NCBI GenBank assembly: GCA_047495785.1
Contig: JBLDXI010000011.1
Location: 1,488,001-1,552,000 of the forward strand
Length of the DNA stretch: 64,000 bases
From: Lepidodermella squamata
Lineage: Eukaryota > Animalia > Gastrotricha
Direction of reading: 5' to 3'
Below the pieces are notes generated by a model, which worked only from the letters and a program-made list of their open reading frames with translations, ran no database searches and was not told where the DNA came from. This document shows positions 12,540-22,776 of this stretch, piece after piece. Every line of letters begins with the position of its first letter. Position 1 is the stretch's first letter. A program made the position numbers and the translations under genes.

Positions 12540-14058
12540 TTATTCGATAAGGGCATCGTCGCTAGCTGACCGGCGAATGTCCTCGTGATTTTTGAGCTGC
12601 AGATTGGCTAGATGGGCCCGTAAATCTGAAATGAAGCGCTTTATCGCGTATTGCATAGCTTTATTCACGATTGACGATGGAAGACCGCCTTTAACATCCG
12701 AGCTGACTATCCAAACGAATCGCGATAACGGCAAAGTTGAAGCTGGCTGGGGTCTAAATTAAGAAAAAATTCTGGAAAATTCTGGAAAAAATGAGATGAC
12801 TCACATTATTTGACTGAGATAAGGAGAATTTTGAGAAATCAACATGTAAGAACACGGACCAGTTTCACCTCTCACATAACCTTCACGGGGCTAAAATAAA
12901 ATAAATAAAATTCAAGAAAAATGAAGAAAAAATTCGACTTACAGGACTCTTTTTATGGGATGTGCCAATTGATGCCGAGTAAATTACTCCATCTCGAAAT
13001 CCGGTATGCCTCAAATTCACAAAATCTCGAGCTGATACAAAGCCTCCTAATGCTGGTTGAGAAGTTTGGTAAGTAACTTCAATAACCGGCTGTCTGGGCA
13101 ATTTCTTGGTATCAAACCGCTCGATAAGCCGCGATTCGGGTACAAACGGGTGCCACTCGGGCATTTTCGCCATTTCGTCGAATAAAACCTGCCGAAGCCG
13201 TTCGAATCTTGCATTCAAATCGAGAACGACCCGGAAAATCGGCGCGCTTATCCGAAATTCAGGCGCGACAACATTAGAATCAGCCACGCTAACTAGCGTG
13301 CAGTCGTCGAATCCGCTCAACTGCTTCCATTTGACTTTCGGATCGAAAGCCAGGCGGAATATTTCGTCGGTTAGTTTTGTGCAGGTATCGCAGTATGATA
13401 GCAAGGCCTTTTGTTCTTCCGTTAGTATTTCGTCGTCATCTTCCAATACTGCATGCAGTTTATTAGCACGGTTAACGCTGACTTCAGTACCTTCATCACT
13501 GCCAGCTGCTGAGAAGAACCTTTCAGATGCAACAGCACCGTATCTCCTAATCCTAGGGTCCATAACATCCTCGGCAGCAACGACGACAAAGCTAGAATCG
13601 TGTCTACTTCTTGTGACTGAGTTGAGTCTTTGCAATAGCTTGTGAGGATTGTGGATCAATGCCACAAAAAGCCATAGCTCGACCCAAGCAACGAGAAGAT
13701 TAGCGAAGATGAGAACATAGACGAAAGCGGCATTTCCTTCATCGGGATGAGGGTATCTGTATAAGAATACTTTGACGATGGTGAAAGCTGTAGTGATGAC
13801 TGTGGTCATGGCGACGGCAAGGATGCTTGTGGAGCGATATACAGAATGAACGAACAGCAGTTCGAACATGCGAAATGCAGCATTGATCACGCAATCGAAC
13901 AGTGAGCCGTTAAATGAGTAATTTACAACGTCATGAACTATGGAATCGCGGATATCTGCGCCCGTTAGCTGCAGGCATATGACGTAAACGGCAAATACTC
14001 CAATGAGATCAAACGCTGCAAACAGCGCAAATAAACCGAAGGCAGGCTGAGTTGTCAT
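12540..14058 (-). CDS. STARD3: STARD3/MLN64-like cholesterol transfer protein (MENTAL + START); exons 14058-12943, 12890-12805, ~12753-12540
   Basis: Four-TM MENTAL region (FDL, SLFD, AAFR, AWVELW), FFAT-like ERFFSA, START motifs PEWHP, SARDFVNLR, GYVRGETGP, DVKGGLPSSIV; canonical introns keep the frame. Confidence 0.9.
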
Positions 14059-14558
14059 TGTACTCTGGAGATCAGACCTCTAATCAGAGTTATTTAGCCA
14101 TCAGAAATCGTAAACTTGAAGTTTTTCCTGGCAGAATCAATAATCAATGAATCTAAACGATAGAAAAAACTCAATGATGGGGCTTCTGGTTTTGAGACAA
14201 AATGGGTCAAACTAAGATACACATGTTTTAGTGATTAAGAGCCACAGCAGTGGACGATGCGACCCTGATTAATTGCATTTCAAGAGATAAATGGGCGGAA
14301 CGTGAAAGAAAGGTGCACACGAACAAAGAAGCAAAGAAGCAAAGAGCTCTTGGACTCTCGCTTATCTCCGTTCTTCGCTCGTTCGACTTCTGGCACACAA
14401 CACGCAACGTACACCACAACTTCTTTTCAGCGAAAAACAAAGTGGCGCCATTAAATTTCCTGCGGCAAAATAAAATTCTAAAAAATCCAGGAAAATAAAT
14501 ATACAAGGTCATTAAACAGTTTATTTTTTATTTCTGTCAAGTTGTATCTATAGACGCG

Positions 14559-15544
14559 TTGCGAATCAGACCTTGTGACACCGGCCCGTCAGTCCTTTAA
14601 GACTGTGCTTGCTGGACGAGATTGTTCGGGAATCATGAAACCAAGGGCTCTATTACTTGCCTTATTCTGCTGCATAGCGGGAAGGTTTGCTTTGGCGAAC
14701 TTCCCCGAGGAAGGAAGCACACTGCTCTTGGACGATCAAACTGTCGAAGCCGCGGTGCGAACATTTGGGAAATTGTTCGTTATGTTTCACTCCCCGAAAT
14801 GTGAGCACTGTCAAAGTAAGTCACCTAAAATTAGTACTAGTCTCCGATTAAAACCACGTATTTATAGAGGCCTTGCCAGAGTTCGACAAAGCGGCTAGAA
14901 AGCTGCACAAGGACGGATTCGGCGCTATTCGTTTGGCTCGTATAGATACAAGCGTTAGTACAGGCCCACGCAATACCAAAAAGTTTAATTTCAAATCTGT
15001 GCCGGCATTTTACTACATGAATGGACCGGACATAATCACAACCTACCATGGAGAAAGGAAAGCTGCTGATTTCATCTCATACCTGAAAAAGAAGGCTGGA
15101 TTTGCTTGGGATACTATCAACTCAGTTGCTGAAATAAGTAAATTTACGGCCGACGATGATGCTGTCATCTTGGGTCTATTCAAGGACACGGCAATCCACC
15201 AGGCTGAACTATTCAAAACCGTCGCTACAGATGTTGACGGAGTGCCATTTGGAATGTCATCAGAGCAGGAGTTATTTGATCATTATAAAGTGAACGGCTC
15301 TTTCGCAATTATCGCGCTGAAGAAATTCGATGAGAGAATAAATTTCTTCGACGAAGAGTGGGATTACGACGATTTATCTACCTGGGCAAAGCGCCAACGT
15401 CTTCCCTTGGTGATTGAATTCGATAGAAAGTACGCTAATAGCATGTTGGAAGGCGAAAACCGTCGACATGTGTTGTTCTTCATGAAAAAGTATTCCCTCG
15501 ATTTCATTGACAAATTCACAATTTTCAAGAAAGTAGCTGCGAAA
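14559..15544 (+). repeat. 986-bp direct duplication, left copy (matches 20063-21048)
   Basis: Near-identical at offset +5504; identity starts at ttgcgaatcagacc and stops at gtagctgcgaaa. Confidence 0.95.
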
Positions 15545-15595
15545 GCTGTCTCATCTACGTTGCAGCAGAGACGCACGGCCTCGCGCCGCATCTGA
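14635..15595 (+). pseudogene. 3'-truncated copy of the PDI-family gene, fused to LINE sequence
   Basis: Same signal peptide, CEHC site and intron (14816-14867) as the copy at 20139, but after KKVAAK it runs into 16 LINE-derived codons and stops; no a' domain, no HTEL. Confidence 0.85.
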
Positions 15596-15794
15596 CGATA
15601 GAAGACTACGACAAATACGAAGCCGATGGCATTCGCCTAGTCGGAGGCCGCAAATCTGGCGGCATGAACGCGTTCATCTCGAAGAAAATTAAAAATTTGG
15701 TGACAGTTATTATGATCAACCATTACACCTGCATTGTTGCCTTGCCACGGCAATCTCAGCCCACAATATATTTTGTTTTTGCCTATGTCCCCAC

Positions 15795-16833
15795 CAGGGG
15801 CGTAACCAGAAATTTTTTTTGGTAGTTGTTATGGATCTGAGGCAGGGGCGTGACCAGCCTTTCACGGTTGGGGGAGGGGGAGGGGGCAGGGTCATATATT
15901 CAGGGTGAGCTCAAGGATCCAAAAGAGCTATCAGTGATGGAAAAGAATTGTTTGCTTTCTTAAAATGAATTGTAATTTGAACCAAAGCTGGAGCGAAGCG
16001 AGAAGATTTTGAAGATTTGTCTCTCAGAAATACTCCTAAAACTCTTAAAACTATGGGATTTTCCAGTAGCCAACCTGCCAGCTAAATTAAAAGCTAAATT
16101 GCTGAATATGCGAGCGAAGCGAGCTTTAGCTAACGGTATTTCTTAACAATTCGTGCTGAAAATAGTGTAAAAATGGCAGGCTTGTCTAAAATTTCTTTGA
16201 AATGTTATGATTTTTTCCTGCGGTTTTTAAACTTCCGCGGTAGTATTTATTCCAAGCGACCCGCGATCCACAAATTTCAGAGACCCCACTGCCAATAAAG
16301 CTCAAGTTGTAACATATTCTCATCAAACTATATCAAGATTCAATGACGAATCGGCCACTCGCGAGCGAAGCGAGCTTTAGCTAACGGTTTTCATTTCATT
16401 TTCGCCTCAGAATTAGCCTGAAAATGCTTCAAAATTCAGCGAAAAATCATATTTGACATCAAATTTTACACCCCCTAGTTTGAAAGACAGCGATTTCGAG
16501 ATGTACGAAGTGCACAACATTTCATTTTTTGGCAATTTTCCGGATGGTGGTGGGCCCCCGGGCCCCGGCTAGTTACGCCCCTGATCTCAAGGTGGAAAAT
16601 TGATCTTCCCCGGGACAATCCAATGTCGAAGAGTGCCTGTTTTCACTACGAAATATGGACACTATCGGGATTTCGAGCGCAGCGAGAAAATTTTGTGCAA
16701 TTTTGCAAACATTTCCTCCATTTTGTAAGAAATTTTAGGCATTTTCTAGAGAAAATAGGCCGAAGAGGGGTTTTTGAGTTTTCATTTTGGTAGTTGTTTG
16801 AACAACCAAAACAACCAGCTGGTTACGCCACTG
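15795..16833. mobile_element. Non-autonomous hAT element inserted in the LINE endonuclease
   Basis: TIR caggggcgtaaccag / ctggttacgccactg; perfect 8-bp TSD gtccccac (15787-15794, 16834-16841); removal restores AYVPTDST. Confidence 0.92.
15843..16583. mobile_element. Second hAT-like element nested inside the first
   Basis: TIR caggggcgtgaccag / ctagttacgcccctg; flanks atctgagg / atctcaag (6/8, eroded TSD); internal gcgagcgaagcgagctttagctaacggt repeats. Confidence 0.7.
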
Positions 16834-16955
16834 GTCCCCACGGATTCAACTTCACAGTCTCATAGCGATGCATTCTCAAACCTCAACGACCTAATCGAAA
16901 ACAAGATCTGCTCATCCGGTGAAAAGTACGAATTGGTGCTACTTGGTGATCTGAA

Positions 16956-19925
16956 TTGCCGCCTTGGTCAGCTCTCCGACGTGGATTCAAGCTGTGTCCC
17001 CCCCCCCCCCCCCCCCGGTGCAGCGTTGATGCGAAGTCGCACGACGAAGCCTTGCTGCTATCGCTAATCGAGCAACAAAATCTTTATGTCTTGAATGGGC
17101 GTTACCCTCCCGACGTCCGAGGCGAACTGACTCATTTCTCTGTCCATGGCGACTCGCTCATCGACTACGGCCTTGCCTCTCTGAGCCTCGCCCAATCAAT
17201 CCGCTCTTTCGAAGTGAAAAGGTGTTCTACGAGCTCCGATCACGCCCGTATAACTGCTAATATTGCAGTTGGGCATAGCTCTCAGACCCTAAGTAGACTT
17301 CGCATGAAAACAGATAAGCTTAAAGATATGTTGTTACATGAACTTAATTCGGTACCATTGACTACAGCGCAAGATATGGCTAATCATTTGGAGAGAATCA
17401 CGCAGTCCTGCACTAAGCCACCGTCTCGAAAATTGCCAGCAGGGATCAAAGCTGCGAACTATCGGCCGAAAAACTTCGAGCTGAGGCAACTGGGTGAAGC
17501 GAACCCAGTTACTAAGGAAGACCAGGCGACCTTCGACGAGCTGGTGAAACACCCGACAAAAATTTGGAAGTTAAAAGCTCGCGAACCCGATGGCTCCGGT
17601 CCCCCGGCCAACGACTATCGGGCCCATCTAATCAACCTATTCTCCCAGAACGCCATAGCGCAAATGCCTCCGATTACCAGCAACGCGAAACCTACAGTCA
17701 TTCATCCCCTGATACCGCTATGGGCATCTGCTGTTGGTGGTCTGTTTAAATACAAGCTTGGGCAAGACGATATGGCAATGCGCTGGCGTGCTCTCTCCGG
17801 GGAGACCCCGGTGAAATTGAGCTCCCTCCGTGATATGAGATATTGGGAAACTTGGTTGTGCCCGCCGCGATACTACACTTCCGATACCGACGATTACTTC
17901 CGGTGGCGTTCCCTACGCTCAGAACCTCCGGCCAAATCATCTGCTGCGCCGTCTCGAGACGGGCTCCTGACTAGCGCCGTTACGGTCGAAGAAATCCGAG
18001 ACTGCATCGATAACTGCAACCCCCGCTCAGCTGCCGGCCCAGATGGCATGTCCTTCCGCGACATCAAAGATAATCTTGAGGTTCTAGCACCCTACCTATC
18101 GATATTATTCACTCGTGTGTTGCTCGAGGGTAAATTCCCGGAAAACTGGAAAAGTGCCATAATATGCCCTATCTTCAAAAAGGGCGATAGGAACGATGTC
18201 TCCAATTTCAGGCCCATATGTTTACAAAACTGCGTAGCAAAGGCCTTCTCCCGGTTACTAGAACGCCGACTCCGACGGTGGCTATCTGCCTTCTCACCAC
18301 TTCGCCAAGAGCAATTTGGATTCAAGCCTGGGTCTTCCACACTGGACGCCACGGTAGTCCTTCACATGGCAGCTTCCTACGCGATGGAGCGTCTATCTCG
18401 AGGTGTCTACTGCGCCTTCGTAGATTTTAGTTCAGCGTTTGATACCGTTAACCATGGTCTTCTCATCTCCAAGTTACGTAAAAGAGGAGTACCCGAATCG
18501 TTCCTTGCAGTCGTCAAAGATATGTATACCGGTTGCAATGCTAAAGTCTTTTCTAACGGTGAATTTAGTGAGGAATTTCCGGTGACAAATGGAGTCAAAC
18601 AGGGCGACCCGCTCTCTCCGCTTCTCTTCAGTATATTTATCGACGATCTCGTCGAGGTCCTGGAAAAAACCGGCGGTCGAGGCCTGCAGCTTGGTCATAA
18701 GATACTGCGTGCTATTCTATATGCCGACGATGTGGCCATTGTTGCAGAATCAGCTAACGAACTGCAGGGCTACCTAAATGCACTGGAGGTTTTTTCTCGT
18801 GAAAATGGGCTGAAAGTCAACACAAGTAAAACCAAGATCATCTGTTTTGAAAAAACCCCCAGTATCTCCCACCCGGATTTCTTCTTTGAAGGTGAAAAGC
18901 TGGAGCAAGTCAGTGAATTTAAATATCTGGGAGTATGGCTTGACTCACGTTTGTTGTACAAGAAGGCGGTGAAGGAAGCGAAGACCCGACTTCGCCGAAC
19001 GATCGGCGCTCTGCCTACCCTCTTCAACAATATTAGCTCATTCCCGCTGAGTGCTCTACGCTCCTTATACAATGGCTGCGCTCTTGGAGCCTATGTGTAT
19101 GGGGCTGAGATCTGGGGCCTATTCGCCAATGAAACCGACCTGCAGGACCACGCCAGGTTCGCCAAACGCTGTCTTGGTCTACCAACAGCAACCAAACACA
19201 CGTTACTGTTGCACGACTTCAAGCTTCTCTCACCAAAATTGGCACACGAACAGGCTGCGATCCGTTTTCACTATCGCATGGCGGAAGCGCCATCGGAATC
19301 ATTACTCGGGAACGCGTTCACTGCTTCTCAGTGGATGAAAAACGTCCCGCGTAATCTGTCCTTTCGCGCAAGGGAACTGATTGACAAATTGCACCTGAGC
19401 GATGTCAGTGAAATCGATGTTCCGGCCCACGTCAAGATCGTGCTGGCGAAGCGGCAATCCTTGCTGGCTGCGGACAAGCTGATCGCGATGGAAATTGTTA
19501 GTCACTACCCTAAACACCCGTTCTACGGTCAGCGTGGCGCGGCAAATATGGCCGAAAATTACTTCCTGGCTCTTCCACTCGATCTGGCCAAGGCACTTCT
19601 GCTCATAAGGTGCGACGCTCTCTTTAAACCGGCCCAACTTAGGCATCCGAACATTTGCCTGCTCTGCGGCGTCGATCTGCCCATCGCAGGAAAAGGTATG
19701 GGTTGGCGACAAGTATTACATCTCATCCTGCAATGCTCACGCACCACGACCAAGATGGCGCCGTTTCGCTCGAGTACCCACAAAGGTTTCGACGAGGCGC
19801 GTCTGGCCTGCCTGTTCAATCTGATGGATACCGGCCACCCCGACCAACCGGCACTGCTATCCTACGCTCTAAAAGAGCTCAGAGAGCTGAGTCTTAGTAA
19901 AATTGTTATTGAATCTAATGAATAA
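16956..19925 (+). CDS. LINE ORF2 (C-terminal part of APE, reverse transcriptase), frameshifted from the upstream APE part at a 19-C run
   Basis: 989-aa ORF with RT motifs; the GDLN motif lies in a different frame upstream of poly-C 16998-17016. Confidence 0.9.
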   Translation: MPPWSALRRGFKLCPPPPPPRCSVDAKSHDEALLLSLIEQQNLYVLNGRYPPDVRGELTHFSVHGDSLIDYGLASLSLAQSIRSFEVKRCSTSSDHARITANIAVGHSSQTLSRLRMKTDKLKDMLLHELNSVPLTTAQDMANHLERITQSCTKPPSRKLPAGIKAANYRPKNFELRQLGEANPVTKEDQATFDELVKHPTKIWKLKAREPDGSGPPANDYRAHLINLFSQNAIAQMPPITSNAKPTVIHPLIPLWASAVGGLFKYKLGQDDMAMRWRALSGETPVKLSSLRDMRYWETWLCPPRYYTSDTDDYFRWRSLRSEPPAKSSAAPSRDGLLTSAVTVEEIRDCIDNCNPRSAAGPDGMSFRDIKDNLEVLAPYLSILFTRVLLEGKFPENWKSAIICPIFKKGDRNDVSNFRPICLQNCVAKAFSRLLERRLRRWLSAFSPLRQEQFGFKPGSSTLDATVVLHMAASYAMERLSRGVYCAFVDFSSAFDTVNHGLLISKLRKRGVPESFLAVVKDMYTGCNAKVFSNGEFSEEFPVTNGVKQGDPLSPLLFSIFIDDLVEVLEKTGGRGLQLGHKILRAILYADDVAIVAESANELQGYLNALEVFSRENGLKVNTSKTKIICFEKTPSISHPDFFFEGEKLEQVSEFKYLGVWLDSRLLYKKAVKEAKTRLRRTIGALPTLFNNISSFPLSALRSLYNGCALGAYVYGAEIWGLFANETDLQDHARFAKRCLGLPTATKHTLLLHDFKLLSPKLAHEQAAIRFHYRMAEAPSESLLGNAFTASQWMKNVPRNLSFRARELIDKLHLSDVSEIDVPAHVKIVLAKRQSLLAADKLIAMEIVSHYPKHPFYGQRGAANMAENYFLALPLDLAKALLLIRCDALFKPAQLRHPNICLLCGVDLPIAGKGMGWRQVLHLILQCSRTTTKMAPFRSSTHKGFDEARLACLFNLMDTGHPDQPALLSYALKELRELSLSKIVIESNE

Positions 19926-20138
19926 CTGCGAGCTGCTATGGCCTTACGGTAATATTATTACTCATCTAACCGTTTTGTGTTTCTTTTTTCTATATTGTTA
20001 ATATGAAATATTGTCTGTCAATTGTCTGGCGTCGACAATAAATCCATTCCATTCCATTCCATTTGCGAATCAGACCTTGTGACACCGGCCCGTCAGTCCT
20101 TTAAGACTGTGCTTGCTGGACGAGATTGTTCGGGAATC

Positions 20139-21693
20139 ATGAAACCAAGGGCTCTATTACTTGCCTTATTCTGCTGCATAGCGGGAAGGTTTGCTTTGGC
20201 GAACTTCCCCGAGGAAGGAAGCACACTGCTCTTGGACGATCAAACTGTCGAAGCCGCGGTGCGAACATTTGGGAAATTGTTCGTTATGTTTCACTCCCCG
20301 AAATGTGAGCACTGTCAAAGTAAGTCACCTAAAATTAGTACTAGTCTCCGATTAAAACCACGTATTTATAGAGGCCTTGCCAGAGTTCGACAAAGCGGCT
20401 AGAAAGCTGCACAAGGACGGATTCGGCGCTATTCGTTTGGCTCGTATAGATACAAGCGTTAGTACAGGCCCACGCAATACCAAAAAGTTTAATTTCAAAT
20501 CTGTGCCGGCATTTTACTACATGAATGGACCGGACATAATCACAACCTACCATGGAGAAAGGAAAGCTGCTGATTTCATCTCATACCTGAAAAAGAAGGC
20601 TGGATTTGCTTGGGATACTATCAACTCAGTTGCTGAAATAAGTAAATTTACGGCCGACGATGATGCTGTCATCTTGGGTCTATTCAAGGACACGGCAATC
20701 CACCAGGCTGAGCTATTCAAAACCGTCGCTACTGATGTTGACGGAGTGCCATTTGGAATGTCATCAGAGCAGGAGTTATTTGATCATTATAAAGTGAATG
20801 GCTCTTTCGCAATTATCGCGCTGAAGAAATTCGATGAGAGAATAAATTTCTTCGACGACGAGTGGGATTACGACGATTTATCTACCTGGGCAAAGCGCCA
20901 ACGTCTTCCCTTGGTGATTGAATTCGATAGAAAGTACGCTAATAGCATGTTGGAAGGTGAAAACCGTCGACATGTGTTGTTCTTCATGAAAAAGTCTTCC
21001 CTCGATTTCATTGATAAATTTACGATTTTCAAAAAAGTAGCTGCGAAATTCCGATATCAATTTTTGTTTATCTTCATCGATGCTGACGTGAAAGATCACG
21101 AAAGAACGATTACTTTCTTCCAAGTTGGGCCGCGTGACTACCCAACAGTTCGAGCTATTGGCATGGAAACAGATCCAAATAAAGTTCTAAAACCTGAGGA
21201 TACTTCATTCACTGAAGAAGCCATCACTCAATTTGTTACTGATTTCGGAAACGGCCGTTTAGTCAAAAGGCGCGGTAAGAAGTCGCAGGAAGAGCCAAAA
21301 GATTGGGATAGCAAGCCACTGAAAGTTTTGACTGCTGATACCTTTCATACTCGAACAAAGGACCATCACGCCCTGGTTTTGTTCTACAAGGAGAAGCAAT
21401 TGTGCCAGAAATGCGAAGATTCCCTTCAGCTATTCCAAGATCTAGCCGAGGAATTCGGCTATCAAAACAATAATCACGTTATGATTGCCAAAATTGATGG
21501 CAGTCTCAACCAAATGCCGAAGGTTGAAGTCACGAAGTACCCGACTATTAAATTTCTACCCCGAGGACTCGATGTTGTCCTCGATTATAAAGGCGAGCCA
21601 ACATTCGACGCCATTGTTCGTTACATCAATTCTTACGCTACGCCCGTTGATCAGCCGAAACCTGAAGAAACTGAAAATCATACCGAATTGTGA
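20139..21693 (+). CDS. Protein disulfide isomerase family member (a-b-b'-a'), full length; intron 20320-20371
   Basis: Signal peptide, thioredoxin sites CEHC and CQKC, LPLVIEF, KSQEEPKDWD..PLKVL, IAKIDGSLN, YPTIKF, C-terminal HTEL ER-retention signal. Confidence 0.92.
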
Positions 21694-21832
21694 TTTCATA
21701 GAAATTCTTTCAAATATTTTTGCACCGATTTTACAGCACCTGTGATTTTTTCGAATCTCAAGCTGCCTCACTGCTTCCAATAAATTATACTGCATGAATT
21801 TCTCTGTGATTTTTAGATTTATTCTGAAAATA

Positions 21833-22506
21833 ATGAATCGATCCATCCCAAGAGGTTACGAAAGTGTGGACAGCTCCGATCAGAGAACTGTGAATGAAGA
21901 CCAAGCGGCGCATGAAAAACTCGAGCTAGATCTAGCTGATGAACTCGAAATGAAAGCCTGCTTAGACAACTCGCTAAAACAGCTAGATTTAAGCATTCAA
22001 GAGATCGAAAAACGCCTCGATGGCATCGCCGATGAGAGCAATGAGTGGAAAACGCGATTTGAGACGCAATCGGATATGAACAAATTTTTGGACCACAAAA
22101 TCGTCGAAATGCAGAGCAAAGCCGATGCGATGCGAAAAACGCTTCGTAAGCAATTTCATTGAAAATTTTTGAATATTTTCAAAATCTCAAATTTCTAGGT
22201 ACTGGATCTCTTTATGAGAATACAAGCGATGCAGCGTATTACAACGAACTGGCCGAGCGGCTCGAGGTTGAAAAATCGCAATTGGAAGCTCAACTAACCG
22301 ATCTAAATTGGAAACTGGATAAGGAAACCAAGGCCTTTATAAAAGCGAATGATGAACGAAAACAATACTACCTGGAAATTTCAACGTGTTCGTCAGTTAT
22401 CGAAGATTTGAAGGCGAAATTACGGTCACATCGTAAAGGCGCTGATAGTAACGCAGCTGGTTTGCTCAACCACGCTCCTAATTTACAGTCAAAATTAACT
22501 AAATAG
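21833..22506 (+). CDS. CCDC169: Coiled-coil domain-containing protein 169-like; intron 22146-22198
   Basis: EKRLD...DESNEWKTRFETQ..N signature and LE.EK..LE.QL.DL.WKLDKETKA; the intron joins the two ORFs in frame. Confidence 0.75.
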
Positions 22507-22776
22507 GTATTTATTATTTATTTTCTCAATAATTTTGCTGTGATCTTTCATCGCGTGATTTATTAAGTTTAAAACCCATTATGAGAAAATTAATTTAATT
22601 TCACGGGAGATGGCTGTGATGATATAATGATGATGAGTTGTAGTAGTAAAAAAAAATTGAATGATCATGTCACCTACGCGTTTTGTTTGCGTGTTTTTCT
22701 AAAAACTTGAAAAGGCCATCAAAGAGAACACCGCTCGTTTCTTAACATCATCGCCACTATTACTACTCATTTTTTG

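Larger units (their letters stand above)
15545..20062 (+). mobile_element. 5'-truncated non-LTR retrotransposon (APE endonuclease + RT + C-terminal Cys/His motif); RTE-X/CR1-L2-like, clade not certain
   Basis: APE motifs VAAET, GRKSGG, AYVP (15547-15794), GDLN, LNGR..GELT..SLIDY, SDH; RT motifs KQGDPLSPLLF, YADD, FKYLG, YGAEIWG; C-terminal CxxC..H...C; AATAAA plus (ATTCC)n tail at 20037-20062. Confidence 0.95.

Noticed and set aside
13106-13645. 179-aa ORF antisense to STARD3 (and similar shadow ORFs over the LINE, VWA3B and MULE)
   Set aside because: Antisense/alternate-frame shadows of real coding sequence
15869-15891. G-quadruplex-like G runs
   Set aside because: Subterminal part of the hAT element; no independent function supportable
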